DNA of 64,000 bases from an uncultured archaeon (GTDB lineage Archaea > Iainarchaeota > Iainarchaeia > Iainarchaeales > JAAZKV01): positions 21,028-85,027 of the forward strand of contig CAZJVN010000001.1 in assembly GCA_964549775.1 (NCBI GenBank). The letters are read 5' to 3'. Shown here in pieces: positions 50,775 to 60,376 of the stretch. Position 1 is the stretch's first letter; the number at the start of each line of letters is the position of its first letter. The notes under the pieces are model-generated. The model saw only the letters and a list, made by a program, of their open reading frames with translations. It did no database searches and was not told the DNA's origin. The position numbers were made by a program, and so were the translations under genes.

Positions 50775-52049
50775 CTATAAATAATCTTTTATGTTATATT
50801 TTGGAAATTCGGTTCTTGTCATTTTTGCAACTTTGTCTAGTCTCATTGTTAAATCAAATCCTGCTTTTGCTGTTTCTCTTGTTATTTGGTCTGCACTTGC
50901 ATCAAGTGAAGATCCTTTTTGTTTTGTGAATAAATAAAAGTTTTTGTCCGCTTGGAAACGTGTAGCCATTGCCCACTCTACTTCTAAAGGGTCATAAATA
51001 TTTATGTCTTTATCCACGATGAAAAAATGTTTTCCTGATGTGTGTCCTTTCATTGCTGCATCAATTGCTTTTTTCCCATCTTCTTCATTTTGTTTATTAA
51101 TTTTTACAATCACGTGAAACCATGAGCTTCCGCCAGGATTAACACTCACGTCAATTACATCTACCCCTGCTTTTTTTACACAATCAAATACTGTTGGTTC
51201 TCTTGGCATCCCCATTAGAATTTTATGTTCAAATCCTCCTGGTAAGAGTGCGTGGTAAATATAATTTGGTCTTACATAAATTTTGTCAACTGTAAAAACT
51301 GGTTCTTGTCTCACTATATCGCTTGTTCCTGTTAAATCAACAAATGATCCTTCAGCATGTTTTTCATTTAGTGATAAATTTCCTTCCATTATTATTTCTG
51401 CGTCAGAGGGAAGTATTGCGTCAAAAGTTTTTGCTTTAATTACTTCAATCGGTTTAATTGAATTGGCAATTTCAAGTTCATTTACTCCTAAAGGTGGTGC
51501 CATTGCCGCAGCTAAAGCAGTTTCTCCTCCAATTCCAATACAATATGCTGCTCGCATTCCCCCATTATTTTTTTTCAACAACTCCATTGTATTTCTTTCA
51601 AGGATTCTAAGCGCAATTTTATTTTTTCCAATAATCATTCCTCTGTGATAACAAACATTTTGACCAACTACTGAATCTTTTACTATAATAATTCCACTTG
51701 AAATATATGCTCCCCCATCTTTTGAGGTGTGCGTTAAAATTGGTAATTTTTCTAAATCTACTTCAATTTCAGTATGATCGGTCGAATTAACTTCTTTTGG
51801 TTTTGTGGGGGCATTTAGTGCTTTAGTCATTATTGGTACAAGATCTTTTACCTCGCAACTTAAGTATTTTGCTACTTTTTCTTTTGAAGCGAAAACATTT
51901 GCAACTATTTTATTTTTTGATTCTTTTACATTTTCAAAAATTATGCTTTTGTCTCCAGCGGAGTAAATTATTCCACTCGCTTCTAAATTTTTTGAAACAG
52001 GCTTTGTTATTGTATAGTCCGCTTTTGTTACAAATTCTCTAAAACTCAT
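50775..52049 (-). CDS. ubiD: UbiD-family decarboxylase, probable anhydromevalonate phosphate decarboxylase
   Basis: DGGAYI, EGSFVDLTGT.D, EHKILMGMPREP, VEWAMATR; MVA context. Confidence 0.88.
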   Translation of the reverse strand: MSFREFVTKADYTITKPVSKNLEASGIIYSAGDKSIIFENVKESKNKIVANVFASKEKVAKYLSCEVKDLVPIMTKALNAPTKPKEVNSTDHTEIEVDLEKLPILTHTSKDGGAYISSGIIIVKDSVVGQNVCYHRGMIIGKNKIALRILERNTMELLKKNNGGMRAAYCIGIGGETALAAAMAPPLGVNELEIANSIKPIEVIKAKTFDAILPSDAEIIMEGNLSLNEKHAEGSFVDLTGTSDIVRQEPVFTVDKIYVRPNYIYHALLPGGFEHKILMGMPREPTVFDCVKKAGVDVIDVSVNPGGSSWFHVIVKINKQNEEDGKKAIDAAMKGHTSGKHFFIVDKDINIYDPLEVEWAMATRFQADKNFYLFTKQKGSSLDASADQITRETAKAGFDLTMRLDKVAKMTRTEFPKYNIKDYL

Positions 52050-52071
52050 AAAAATCACCTTTAAACTAACA

Positions 52072-52629
52072 TTAAATCTTGTTCCATCTATTGAATTTGT
52101 TGTTAGAAACTCCTAATAAATCTAATGCTTTTCCAACAATAAAATCTTCAACATCTTCTATTTTTTTTGGTTTGTGATAAAACGCTGGACTCAAAGGAAA
52201 AATTATTGCGCCATATAAGGATAGTTTCCATAAATTTTCAAGTACAGGCCCACTTAGTGGAGTTTCTCTTACCCCAATTATTAATTTATTTCTTGTTTTG
52301 AGCATATTGTCTGAACATCTAGTAATTAGATTATTTGTGTGTGCGTGAAGTATTTCTGAAACTGTTTTTATTGATGCAGGAATAATTATCATTCCATCTA
52401 CTAAAAAGGAACTAGAGGATATGCTTGAGGATAAATCATCATTGGAATAATTTTTTGTTGCAAGTTTTTTTATTTGAGAAATTTTTGTTTTTGTTTCTTC
52501 TTTAATTACTTCATTAGCCCATTCGCTAATAATTAAGTGTGTCTCAATTTTTTTTTGTTTTAATTCCTTTAAAAGAGCCACTGCATAATTTGCTCCACTT
52601 GCTCCAGTTATTGCAATAATTATTTTCAT
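52072..52629 (-). CDS. ubiX: UbiX flavin prenyltransferase
   Basis: ITGASG, RETPL, PAFY. Confidence 0.92.
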   Translation of the reverse strand: MKIIIAITGASGANYAVALLKELKQKKIETHLIISEWANEVIKEETKTKISQIKKLATKNYSNDDLSSSISSSSFLVDGMIIIPASIKTVSEILHAHTNNLITRCSDNMLKTRNKLIIGVRETPLSGPVLENLWKLSLYGAIIFPLSPAFYHKPKKIEDVEDFIVGKALDLLGVSNNKFNRWNKI

Positions 52630-52639
52630 AAAAATAATT

Positions 52640-53584
52640 TTAATTTATTTTTACTTTTATTGAATTGTAATTTTTTGCAGAGTACATTGTCATTAGTTTA
52701 TCTTGTTGTGCTTCATTGTAACACAATATTAGAACATTTCCGCCCATTCCTGCCCCAGTTATTTTTGCTCCTCGTGCATTTTCATAACTAGCAATTTTTA
52801 TTATTTCATCTATTTCTTTTGTTGAAATATTTAGTTCTTTTAATAATAAGTGATTTTGATTCATTAGTTTTCCAATCTCTTCTACTCCGCCGAATTGAAC
52901 TTCTTTTTTTGCCTTAGTTACAATACTTTTGTATTCTAAAAATAATTTTTCATATTTTTTTGGATTCTTTTCTTTGTCTTCTTTTACCATTTGAACTGCT
53001 TGTTTAGTATCATGTTTTATCCCTGTGTCAACTAATAAACATAAAAGTGCTTTTCCACATTTAAATGGACGAATTATGTTTTCTCCACCTTTCATATTTT
53101 TTTCAAACCATATTACTGTCCCATACGTTGCGCAAGAGTTATCTATCCCGCTTGGGTTTCCATGATTTATTTTTTCTGCTCTAAAAGCAGCTTCATTAAT
53201 TTTGTCTTGTTTCCACCCTAAATCAAATATTTGGTTTAATGCTCCCGCCATTGCTACTGATAGTGCTGCTGAGTAACCTAACCCTCCTCCAGCAGGTAGA
53301 TTTGCATTAATGTTTATTTTTAGTCCTTCGAGTTTTAAAAATTCTTCTCCTTCAAGTATCGCTTTTAGTATTTTTGATTTTATGTGATCAGGTTGTTCTT
53401 TTAGTGAAACTTTTTCTTTGAATATTTTATCATCAAATATCACATCATTAGAATCTTTTAGTTGTTGTATTTCTACTTCTACATATTTATCTATCCCTGC
53501 GGCAATCCCGGGTAAACCATAAACTACAAAGTGTTCTCCAAAAAGAATTACTTTTCCATACCCTTTTGCTTTTGAGCTAGCCAT
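52640..53584 (-). CDS. mvk: Mevalonate kinase
   Basis: GKVILFGEHFVVYG, PAGGGLGYSAA, HGNPSGID, KITGAG.GG. Confidence 0.92.
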   Translation of the reverse strand: MASSKAKGYGKVILFGEHFVVYGLPGIAAGIDKYVEVEIQQLKDSNDVIFDDKIFKEKVSLKEQPDHIKSKILKAILEGEEFLKLEGLKININANLPAGGGLGYSAALSVAMAGALNQIFDLGWKQDKINEAAFRAEKINHGNPSGIDNSCATYGTVIWFEKNMKGGENIIRPFKCGKALLCLLVDTGIKHDTKQAVQMVKEDKEKNPKKYEKLFLEYKSIVTKAKKEVQFGGVEEIGKLMNQNHLLLKELNISTKEIDEIIKIASYENARGAKITGAGMGGNVLILCYNEAQQDKLMTMYSAKNYNSIKVKIN

Positions 53585-53689
53585 AATTTGTTACCTACTA
53601 ATATTATTGAATTTAATGTTTATAAAAGTGCCTTTGAAAAAATTAATTAAAGGCAAAATAATTTTGAAATAACTTTAAAATTGATTTTT

Positions 53690-54094
53690 TTAGAATTTTG
53701 GAATGAATTTTGTTCCATAGTGAATTATTCCTTTTTGTCCACTTTTATAGAATTTTCTAAATACTGCTTCAACTTCTTGTCCAATTTTTAGTTCTTCATA
53801 TTTGCAATCAATTACTTGCCCAGTTATTTTTGCTCCTTCTTTTAATTCAATTATTGCTACACAGTATGGAGCCATTTGGGAGAATACTTCTGGACCAGAA
53901 TGAACTTGAGTGTAAGAAATTATTTTTCCGCTTCCAGAAAAATCCATTTCTGCATAATCTAAATTTCCGCAAGTACACATTCCTTTTTTTTCAAAATATG
54001 TTGCCCCGCATTTTGTGCATTTATACCCGCGTAATTTGTATCGGTCGTTGTAATTTCGCCATCTTAGTATTGGACTTTCTCGGAACATATTCAT
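53690..54094 (-). CDS. DUF35 Zn-ribbon/OB-fold protein (thiolase-HMGS scaffold)
   Basis: CxxCG..CxCG, G.IISYT, IIHYG.KF. Confidence 0.88.
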   Translation of the reverse strand: MNMFRESPILRWRNYNDRYKLRGYKCTKCGATYFEKKGMCTCGNLDYAEMDFSGSGKIISYTQVHSGPEVFSQMAPYCVAIIELKEGAKITGQVIDCKYEELKIGQEVEAVFRKFYKSGQKGIIHYGTKFIPKF

Positions 54095-54131
54095 TTCACC
54101 ATTTTAATTTTTTCAAAATTTAAAATCAATC

Positions 54132-54335
54132 CTAGTATTTTCTTTTATATTCACTTCTTTTTACAAGTGGTTCTTCAGCAGCTTTTGCTTCTCTCCACTT
54201 TTTTGCTCGTAAATATAATGGTTCGTTATCTTCTTGTATTTCTTTTTCTTCAAGAGTTTTTCCCAGTCTAACCACTGGTTCTTCTTCTGTTTGTTTTGCT
54301 TTGAATGCTGACTTAACTCTATCTAGTATTCCCAT
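54132..54335 (-). CDS. Small hypothetical protein
   Basis: 67-aa ORF with GGGTGA SD. Confidence 0.65.
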   Translation of the reverse strand: MGILDRVKSAFKAKQTEEEPVVRLGKTLEEKEIQEDNEPLYLRAKKWREAKAAEEPLVKRSEYKRKY

Positions 54336-54376
54336 AAAATCACCCTTTATGAAAATTTTGTCTTCATAAAAATAAT

Positions 54377-55531
54377 TTATTTCATTCTCTTAAACACGTG
54401 TATGCAAGCTGTTGCTCCGCTTCCACCAACGTTGTGTGTTACTCCTATTTTTGCATCTTTTACTTGTCTTTTTCCGGCTTCTCCTCGAAGTTGTGTTGTT
54501 GCTTCAATTGCTTGTTTAATTCCTGTTGCTCCTACTGGATGTCCGCATGCTTTTAATCCACCAGAAGTATTTACTGGGTGACTAGCATCAAAGTAAGTTT
54601 GTTTTTCTTTGTAAAGTTTTCTTGCTTCTCCGTGTTTTGCAAGGGCTAGTGCTTCTACTGCGTATATTTCTGCTATTGAAAAACAATCATGCACTTCTGC
54701 AAATGAAATATCTTTTGGAGTAATTTTTGCTTGAGCATAAGCTGATTCTGCTGCTATTCTTCCTGCTTTTATTTCTAAGAGTGATTCTCTTCTTGCAAGT
54801 GAGAGTGTGTCTGTTGCAAGAGCTGAAGCTGTAATGTAAACTTCGCTTCCCATTTTTTTTGCCACAGTTTCGTTTGCAATAATTATTGTTGCTGCTCCGT
54901 CTGTTATTGGTGAACAATCCATTAGTGTTAGTGGATCTGCTACCATTGTAGAATTTATTACATCGTCAAGGGTTAATTCGTTTTTGAATTGTGAGTAATC
55001 GTTTCTTGCTCCGTGGAAGTGATTTTTTACTGACACTTCTGCTAGTTCTTCTCTAGTTAAACCAAATTTGTGCATGTAAGCTTTTGCTAGTAATGCGTAA
55101 AGTCCTGGGAAAGTTAATCCATTGAATCCTTCAAGTTCTTCGTCTCCTGCTCCCATTAGTGCAGTTGTTACTTGCTCAGTAGAAACATCTGTCATTTTTT
55201 CTACTCCATTAACCATTACAATATTTGCTGCTCCGCTTTCAATTGCTTGCACTCCTTGTCTTAGTGCGATTGATCCAGAAGCACATGCTCCTTCTACTCT
55301 TATTGAGGGTTTGTCTAAATTTAGATTTTCAGTAGCCATTGCTCCAACGTGAAGTTGTCCTGAGAGTGAATCTCCACACATGTTTCCAGTAAACATTGAA
55401 TCGATTTGTTCTGGAACGATTTTTGCATCATTTAGTGCACGAAGTTGTGAGTCAAGTAATAATTCTCTAAGCCCTCTATCCCAAATTTCACCGAACTTGG
55501 TGATACCAATTCCTAAAACACCGACTTTCAT
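54377..55531 (-). CDS. Acetyl-CoA acetyltransferase (archaeal thiolase)
   Basis: VEGACASG, GVEKM, CSPITDGA, EVHDCF, GHPVGATG, HNVGG. Confidence 0.93.
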   Translation of the reverse strand: MKVGVLGIGITKFGEIWDRGLRELLLDSQLRALNDAKIVPEQIDSMFTGNMCGDSLSGQLHVGAMATENLNLDKPSIRVEGACASGSIALRQGVQAIESGAANIVMVNGVEKMTDVSTEQVTTALMGAGDEELEGFNGLTFPGLYALLAKAYMHKFGLTREELAEVSVKNHFHGARNDYSQFKNELTLDDVINSTMVADPLTLMDCSPITDGAATIIIANETVAKKMGSEVYITASALATDTLSLARRESLLEIKAGRIAAESAYAQAKITPKDISFAEVHDCFSIAEIYAVEALALAKHGEARKLYKEKQTYFDASHPVNTSGGLKACGHPVGATGIKQAIEATTQLRGEAGKRQVKDAKIGVTHNVGGSGATACIHVFKRMK

Positions 55532-55806
55532 TTTTTTTCACCTAATGAAATAAAAATATATGAAATTACTGGCATAATTAATAACATTATGTAATAGTTA
55601 ACTACTTGATTGATTGACGCACAATAATACTCACAAGAAGCAAATAATATTAACCAAGAATAATTTTGTTCACAAACAAATCCTGCAGGGACAACTCCAC
55701 AATATGTGAATAAGGATAATAAAACAAATAAAATTATCTCAACTATAACAATCCCCACAAAGACGAATGCTTTATTTTTTGTAATATTAAAATTCATAAT
55801 CATCAA
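55528..55806 (-). CDS. Small Cys-containing membrane protein
   Basis: Two TM segments flanking a four-Cys loop; fills gap, 4-nt overlap with thiolase. Confidence 0.6.
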   Translation of the reverse strand: MMIMNFNITKNKAFVFVGIVIVEIILFVLLSLFTYCGVVPAGFVCEQNYSWLILFASCEYYCASINQVVNYYIMLLIMPVISYIFISLGEKK

Positions 55807-55810
55807 ATCC

Positions 55811-56848
55811 TTAATGTATTAACTCCATGTGTGATTCGTATTCTGGGTAGGTTAAGTATTCTTTTCTTTTTACATAGTCCTCTGTTGTTTTTGCTTTTTT
55901 TTGCGCAGCAGTGATTTTATCTGTTGCAGTAAAAATAAATGAATCGCTTCCAGATCCTGATCCATAAGATGTCACTAAAATTTTGTCGCCTGGTTTTGCA
56001 ATATCAAGTACACAAGTTAAACCAAGTATTGAACTTCCAGAGTAAGTGTTTCCTATTTTTGTTACAATTAATCCTGGATTAATTTGTTCTTTTGTTACCC
56101 CAAACATTTTTGCTACTCTAAGTGGAAATTTTCCGTTCGGCATGTGGAACACTACATATTTAAAATCAGTAATTTTCATTTTTGTTTTTTCTAAGATATT
56201 TTTTGTTGCATTTACTACGTGTTTAAAATATGCGGGTTCCCCAGTGAATCTCCCTGCATGACTTGGATATGGTTCTAGTGCCCTTCTCCAAAAATCTGGA
56301 GTATCTGATGTAAATGAAAGTGTTGCATCAAGTGTTGCAACTGCATCTTTGTTTTCTCCAATTATAAATGCTGCTCCGCCAGCGGCTGCAGAGTATTCTA
56401 GCGCGTTTCCTGGTTCGGCTTGACTAGTATCTGAACCAATACTTAAACCGTATTTTATCATTTTTGAATCAACTAGCCCTGCGTTTATTTGAATTGTTGC
56501 ACTTCCTGCTTTGCATGCAAACTGAGTGTCAAGAGCCGTGTAATTATTTCCAATATCAAGTGCTTCTCCAACAATTGAAGAAGTTGGTTTTACTGCATAA
56601 GGAGGAGATTCACTCCCAACATACACTGCTCCAATTTCTTTTCTGTTAATATTTGCTCTTAGTAATGCATTTCTTGCTGCAGCCACTGCAATAGTTGCTG
56701 TGTCCTCGTCTTTTCCTGGGACACTCTTTTCAACTAACCCAAGTCCGTTTTTTATTGATTCGGGTGTAGTATGTTGTACTTTTGCTATTTCTTCTACAGT
56801 TATTCTGTATTTTGGAATGTATGCTCCCCAACCAATTATTCCTGCCAT
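55811..56848 (-). CDS. Hydroxymethylglutaryl-CoA synthase (archaeal type)
   Basis: VGSES, FACKAG, RFTGEPAYF.H, FHMPNGKFP, IGNTYSG. Confidence 0.95.
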   Translation of the reverse strand: MAGIIGWGAYIPKYRITVEEIAKVQHTTPESIKNGLGLVEKSVPGKDEDTATIAVAAARNALLRANINRKEIGAVYVGSESPPYAVKPTSSIVGEALDIGNNYTALDTQFACKAGSATIQINAGLVDSKMIKYGLSIGSDTSQAEPGNALEYSAAAGGAAFIIGENKDAVATLDATLSFTSDTPDFWRRALEPYPSHAGRFTGEPAYFKHVVNATKNILEKTKMKITDFKYVVFHMPNGKFPLRVAKMFGVTKEQINPGLIVTKIGNTYSGSSILGLTCVLDIAKPGDKILVTSYGSGSGSDSFIFTATDKITAAQKKAKTTEDYVKRKEYLTYPEYESHMELIH

Positions 56849-56888
56849 GATATTATTCACTCTCTTTCGTTTTATAAGTCTAACTTTT

Positions 56889-58187
56889 CTATTTTTTTCT
56901 CAATTTTTTTATTATCTCTTCTGCTTTAGCTTGATTTATTTCTTTTGAAGTGATCATTTCTTCTGCAACTTTGTCAATTTCATTTTCGCTTGCTCCAGCT
57001 CCTGCAGCTAATGCTCGAGCGTGTAACTTCATGTGTCCTTGTTGAATTCCTACTGTTGCAAGTGCTCTTAGTGCGGCAAAATTTTGTGCTAACCCCACGC
57101 ATGCTGCTATGCTTGTTAGTTCTTTTGAATTTTTTACTCCAAGAATTTTTAGTGATAATTGCGCCATGGGGTTTAGTTTTGCTGTTCCTCCAATTGTTGC
57201 AAGAACAATTGGTAATTCTATCTCTCCAACCAAGTCTCCTTTTTTATTTTTATAATATTTGGTTAGTGGAAGATATTTCCCTTTTTCTTTATAAGCCGCA
57301 AAAGAATGTACTCCTGCTTCAACCCCTCTAAAATCATTTCCAGTAGCAATTGTTAGTGCGTCAATTCCATTCATTATTCCTTTGTTATGAGTTGCTGCTC
57401 TAAATGGAGAACTTATTGCAAATTCGTAAGCGTCTAAAATATTTTCAATTATTTGTTCTCCACTTAAACCAAATTGACCGCTTCCTTCTAGTTTTTCTTT
57501 TGTCCAAATTGTACTAGCTCTTGCTTTTCTATGAATTGCAAGATTTGAAATAATTCTAAGAAGTGCTTTTCCTCCAGAAATTTTTTCAACTAAAGGAGTT
57601 ATTTTTTCTGTCATTGTATTTATTGCATTTGCCCCCATTGCATCACGAACATCCACTAATAATTGTAATTCTATCATCTCTCCGCGTGTTGTTTTTAGTA
57701 CCTCTCCTTTTAGGTCACGCGGCCCTCCTCCAAATTTTACTAAAACTGAATCTACTTTTTCTGCTTCTGCCAAAATTTCTTTTTTTGAATCAAGAATTTT
57801 CTTTAATGCACTTTTTGCATTCTTCATTTTTACTAATTGTATTTGTCCTATCATTACTGGTTCATCACTGGATGTGGAAAATCCACTAGATAATTTTGCG
57901 GCGTTACTTGCAGCCGCGACCACACTTGGTTCTTCAAGAACAAATGGAACCAAATATTCTTTTCCATCAATAACAAAATTTGTTGCAATTCCATAAGGTA
58001 GAGAAAATGTACCCACTACATTTTCTATCATTTTGTCTGCGTTAGATAAAGGTAAATTACTTTCTTTAAGTAAAGTGTTTTTTTCTTCAATAGTTAATGC
58101 ATATTCTTTTGATAGAATTTCTTGTCTTTCTTTTATTGTCTTTTTGTAAAATCCATCAAAATTTTTTGAATTCAAATTAATCACCAA
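56889..58187 (-). CDS. mvaA: HMG-CoA reductase, class II
   Basis: IENVVG, EEPSVVAAAS, DAMGAN, THNKGIMNG, GIQQGHMKLH. Confidence 0.95.
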   Translation of the reverse strand: MVINLNSKNFDGFYKKTIKERQEILSKEYALTIEEKNTLLKESNLPLSNADKMIENVVGTFSLPYGIATNFVIDGKEYLVPFVLEEPSVVAAASNAAKLSSGFSTSSDEPVMIGQIQLVKMKNAKSALKKILDSKKEILAEAEKVDSVLVKFGGGPRDLKGEVLKTTRGEMIELQLLVDVRDAMGANAINTMTEKITPLVEKISGGKALLRIISNLAIHRKARASTIWTKEKLEGSGQFGLSGEQIIENILDAYEFAISSPFRAATHNKGIMNGIDALTIATGNDFRGVEAGVHSFAAYKEKGKYLPLTKYYKNKKGDLVGEIELPIVLATIGGTAKLNPMAQLSLKILGVKNSKELTSIAACVGLAQNFAALRALATVGIQQGHMKLHARALAAGAGASENEIDKVAEEMITSKEINQAKAEEIIKKLRKK

Positions 58188-58221
58188 AAAAATTTAAAAT
58201 TAAAAACTTCTTTTATAAAAT

Positions 58222-59559
58222 TTATTCTCCGTTTTTTTGTTTATTTTTTTCTAACTCCTGTTCTATTAATTGTCTTTGTTTTGCTTCTGCTTCTGCTTTA
58301 TCTTTTTTATTAAAATAATGGATTATTGATTTTGCAGCGTCTCTTCCTGTGGATATTGCTTCAATCACTGTTTTTGGTCCGTGTACACAATCTCCGCCTG
58401 CAAATAAATTTGGCACAATGGTTTGTTTATTTTTGTTTACTAGTATGCATCCGTCTGGTCCAATTTTTATTACATCTTTTAAAGAATCATTATCATGTTG
58501 TTGCCCAATTGCTACTATTACTTTATCCGCTTCAATTGATCCACTTTCTCCATTTTTATAATATACCTTTTCTACATGTTCTTTTCCTTCAAATTTTTCC
58601 ACTTGAACACCAAAAATAAATTTTACTCCTTCCTCTTCTGCTTCGATATAATCTTTTTCAGTTACTGACTTGTGAGCTTCTTCTTTTGATGCATAAGTTA
58701 TACAAGTTACTTTTCCGCCTAAACGTACTGCACTTCTTGCAGCGTCTATTCCAACATAGCCTGCTCCTATTACAACTACTTTTTCTCCTGGAGAAATCAT
58801 TGGTAGTGAACTTTGATTTAAATTTACTAAAAATTTCATTGCGTTCATTATTCCTTTAAGTTCGCTTCCCTCATTATTTAGCATTTTTGGTTTTCCTACT
58901 CCAGTCCCCATAAATACTACGTCATATTTTTTTACTAGTTCTTCTAAAATATCTGCGTCAATTTTTACGTTGGGTTCAAAGTCTACCCCGAGATCATGTA
59001 ATCCTGATATTTTTCTTGATACTATTTCTTTTGGTAGTCTGAATTCTGGAACTCCATATTTTATTACTCCCCCAAAAGTGTTTGTTCCTTCCATTACGGT
59101 TACATTTGCTCCATAAATTGATAAAAGTGCGGCCACTGTTAATCCACTTGGACCTGAACCTATTACTGCTACTTTTTTTTCATTATTCTTTTCTCGTTTT
59201 GGAAAAATTGTGTTATCCCCAATGTATCTTTCTATTGCTCCAATTGAGATTGGATCTTTTTTTGAATTAAGAATGCAAGCCCCTTCGCATTGTTTTTCAT
59301 GTTGACAAATTCTTCCACAAATACTTGGGAAAAAATTACTTTCTCTTATTATTTCTCCTGCTTCATTAGTGTTTCCTTCTCTAAAGGCTTTAAGAAATGC
59401 GGGAATATTTACTTTTGCGGGGCAACCTTCCACGCATTTTGGTAATTTACATTGAAGACAACGGTTTGCCTCAATTATTGCTTCTTCTTTAGTAAAACCT
59501 AGTTCTACCTCTTTAAAGGAATTTTTTCTTTCATCTAAAGGCAATAGCGGTACTTTCAT
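58222..59559 (-). CDS. GltD/SudA/NfnB-like Fe-S flavoprotein NAD(P)H oxidoreductase
   Basis: RCLQC..PKC..GCP, CGRIC..E.QCE..C, GSGPSG, GAGYVG.D, FAGGD. Confidence 0.88.
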   Translation of the reverse strand: MKVPLLPLDERKNSFKEVELGFTKEEAIIEANRCLQCKLPKCVEGCPAKVNIPAFLKAFREGNTNEAGEIIRESNFFPSICGRICQHEKQCEGACILNSKKDPISIGAIERYIGDNTIFPKREKNNEKKVAVIGSGPSGLTVAALLSIYGANVTVMEGTNTFGGVIKYGVPEFRLPKEIVSRKISGLHDLGVDFEPNVKIDADILEELVKKYDVVFMGTGVGKPKMLNNEGSELKGIMNAMKFLVNLNQSSLPMISPGEKVVVIGAGYVGIDAARSAVRLGGKVTCITYASKEEAHKSVTEKDYIEAEEEGVKFIFGVQVEKFEGKEHVEKVYYKNGESGSIEADKVIVAIGQQHDNDSLKDVIKIGPDGCILVNKNKQTIVPNLFAGGDCVHGPKTVIEAISTGRDAAKSIIHYFNKKDKAEAEAKQRQLIEQELEKNKQKNGE

Positions 59560-59667
59560 TAATAATCCCTTTTAGTTTTAAAATTTTTAACTAGCCTTTT
59601 TATAAAAAAGGTTAGCTCACCAACAGTAAGATGAATAAGGGGTTTAAGTATAAAAACCTATCCAAAC

Positions 59668-59693
59668 AACGAAGAGCAAAACGTCAATTGACG
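59668..59693. promoter_or_regulatory. Motif AACGAA-N8-CGTCAATTG, copy 2, with perfect palindrome CGTCAATTGACG
   Basis: Upstream of minus-strand TATA-like TTTTTATA (59649-56). Confidence 0.55.
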
Positions 59694-59763
59694 AAAGAAA
59701 CTGGTTTTTTGAGCAATGTGGCCTTTTTTTAATAATTATTTGAATTATTTGATCTTTAAAATT

Positions 59764-60354
59764 TTATTTTTCTATTTTTTTGTTTTGTTCTTTTTTTAAA
59801 AGTAGTTTTTTCCAATCAAATAAAAAAAATGCTAAAATTGATACAACCCCTATTATTTCAATTGTTATGATCCAAATAGTTGCGCTCCCTGCGAGAGTTG
59901 TTTCAAGAGAGGTAAATATTTTTTCTGAAGTGAATACCAAAAATAAATAACTTATACTTCTTCCAACAAAAAATCCTGCGATAATTTCTCTTAGCCTTAT
60001 TTTTGTTGTTCCTACTGCAATAAAGAGTGAATTTGAAGGGAAAGGGAGTAGAGAAAAAATAACACTAAAAATAAATTTTTTCCAACTCTTTCCTTTTAAC
60101 TTGTTTCGAATTATCCCCATTTCTTCTTTTTTATCTTGACTTGCTAATTTATAAAAAACTTTTCTTGATAATATCGCAAGTACATATCTTCCGCAAGTCG
60201 AAGCTGTTACCCCTATAAAAATTAAAATAAGCAAATTTTGAGGGTTTGCAATATAAAAATAAGCGAGAACAATCCATGTTGGAGGGGCAAAAACAGGGAC
60301 AACATTTAACCCAAAAATAATTAACCATTCAAAAATTAGTTGTATTAGATCCAT
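59764..60354 (-). CDS. DedA/VTT-like membrane protein
   Basis: PVFAPPTW re-entrant segment, FSLLPFPSN, GFFVGR. Confidence 0.65.
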   Translation of the reverse strand: MDLIQLIFEWLIIFGLNVVPVFAPPTWIVLAYFYIANPQNLLILIFIGVTASTCGRYVLAILSRKVFYKLASQDKKEEMGIIRNKLKGKSWKKFIFSVIFSLLPFPSNSLFIAVGTTKIRLREIIAGFFVGRSISYLFLVFTSEKIFTSLETTLAGSATIWIITIEIIGVVSILAFFLFDWKKLLLKKEQNKKIEK

Positions 60355-60376
60355 AATTATCAAAAAAGTAAACTAA

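Noticed and set aside
50775..52629. UbiD/UbiX as ubiquinone or aromatic-acid decarboxylation genes
   Set aside because: Position between mvk, AcnX subunits and ipk favours the modified mevalonate role
58222..59559. Glutamate synthase small subunit
   Set aside because: No large subunit or nitrogen genes nearby; the family includes many stand-alone oxidoreductases
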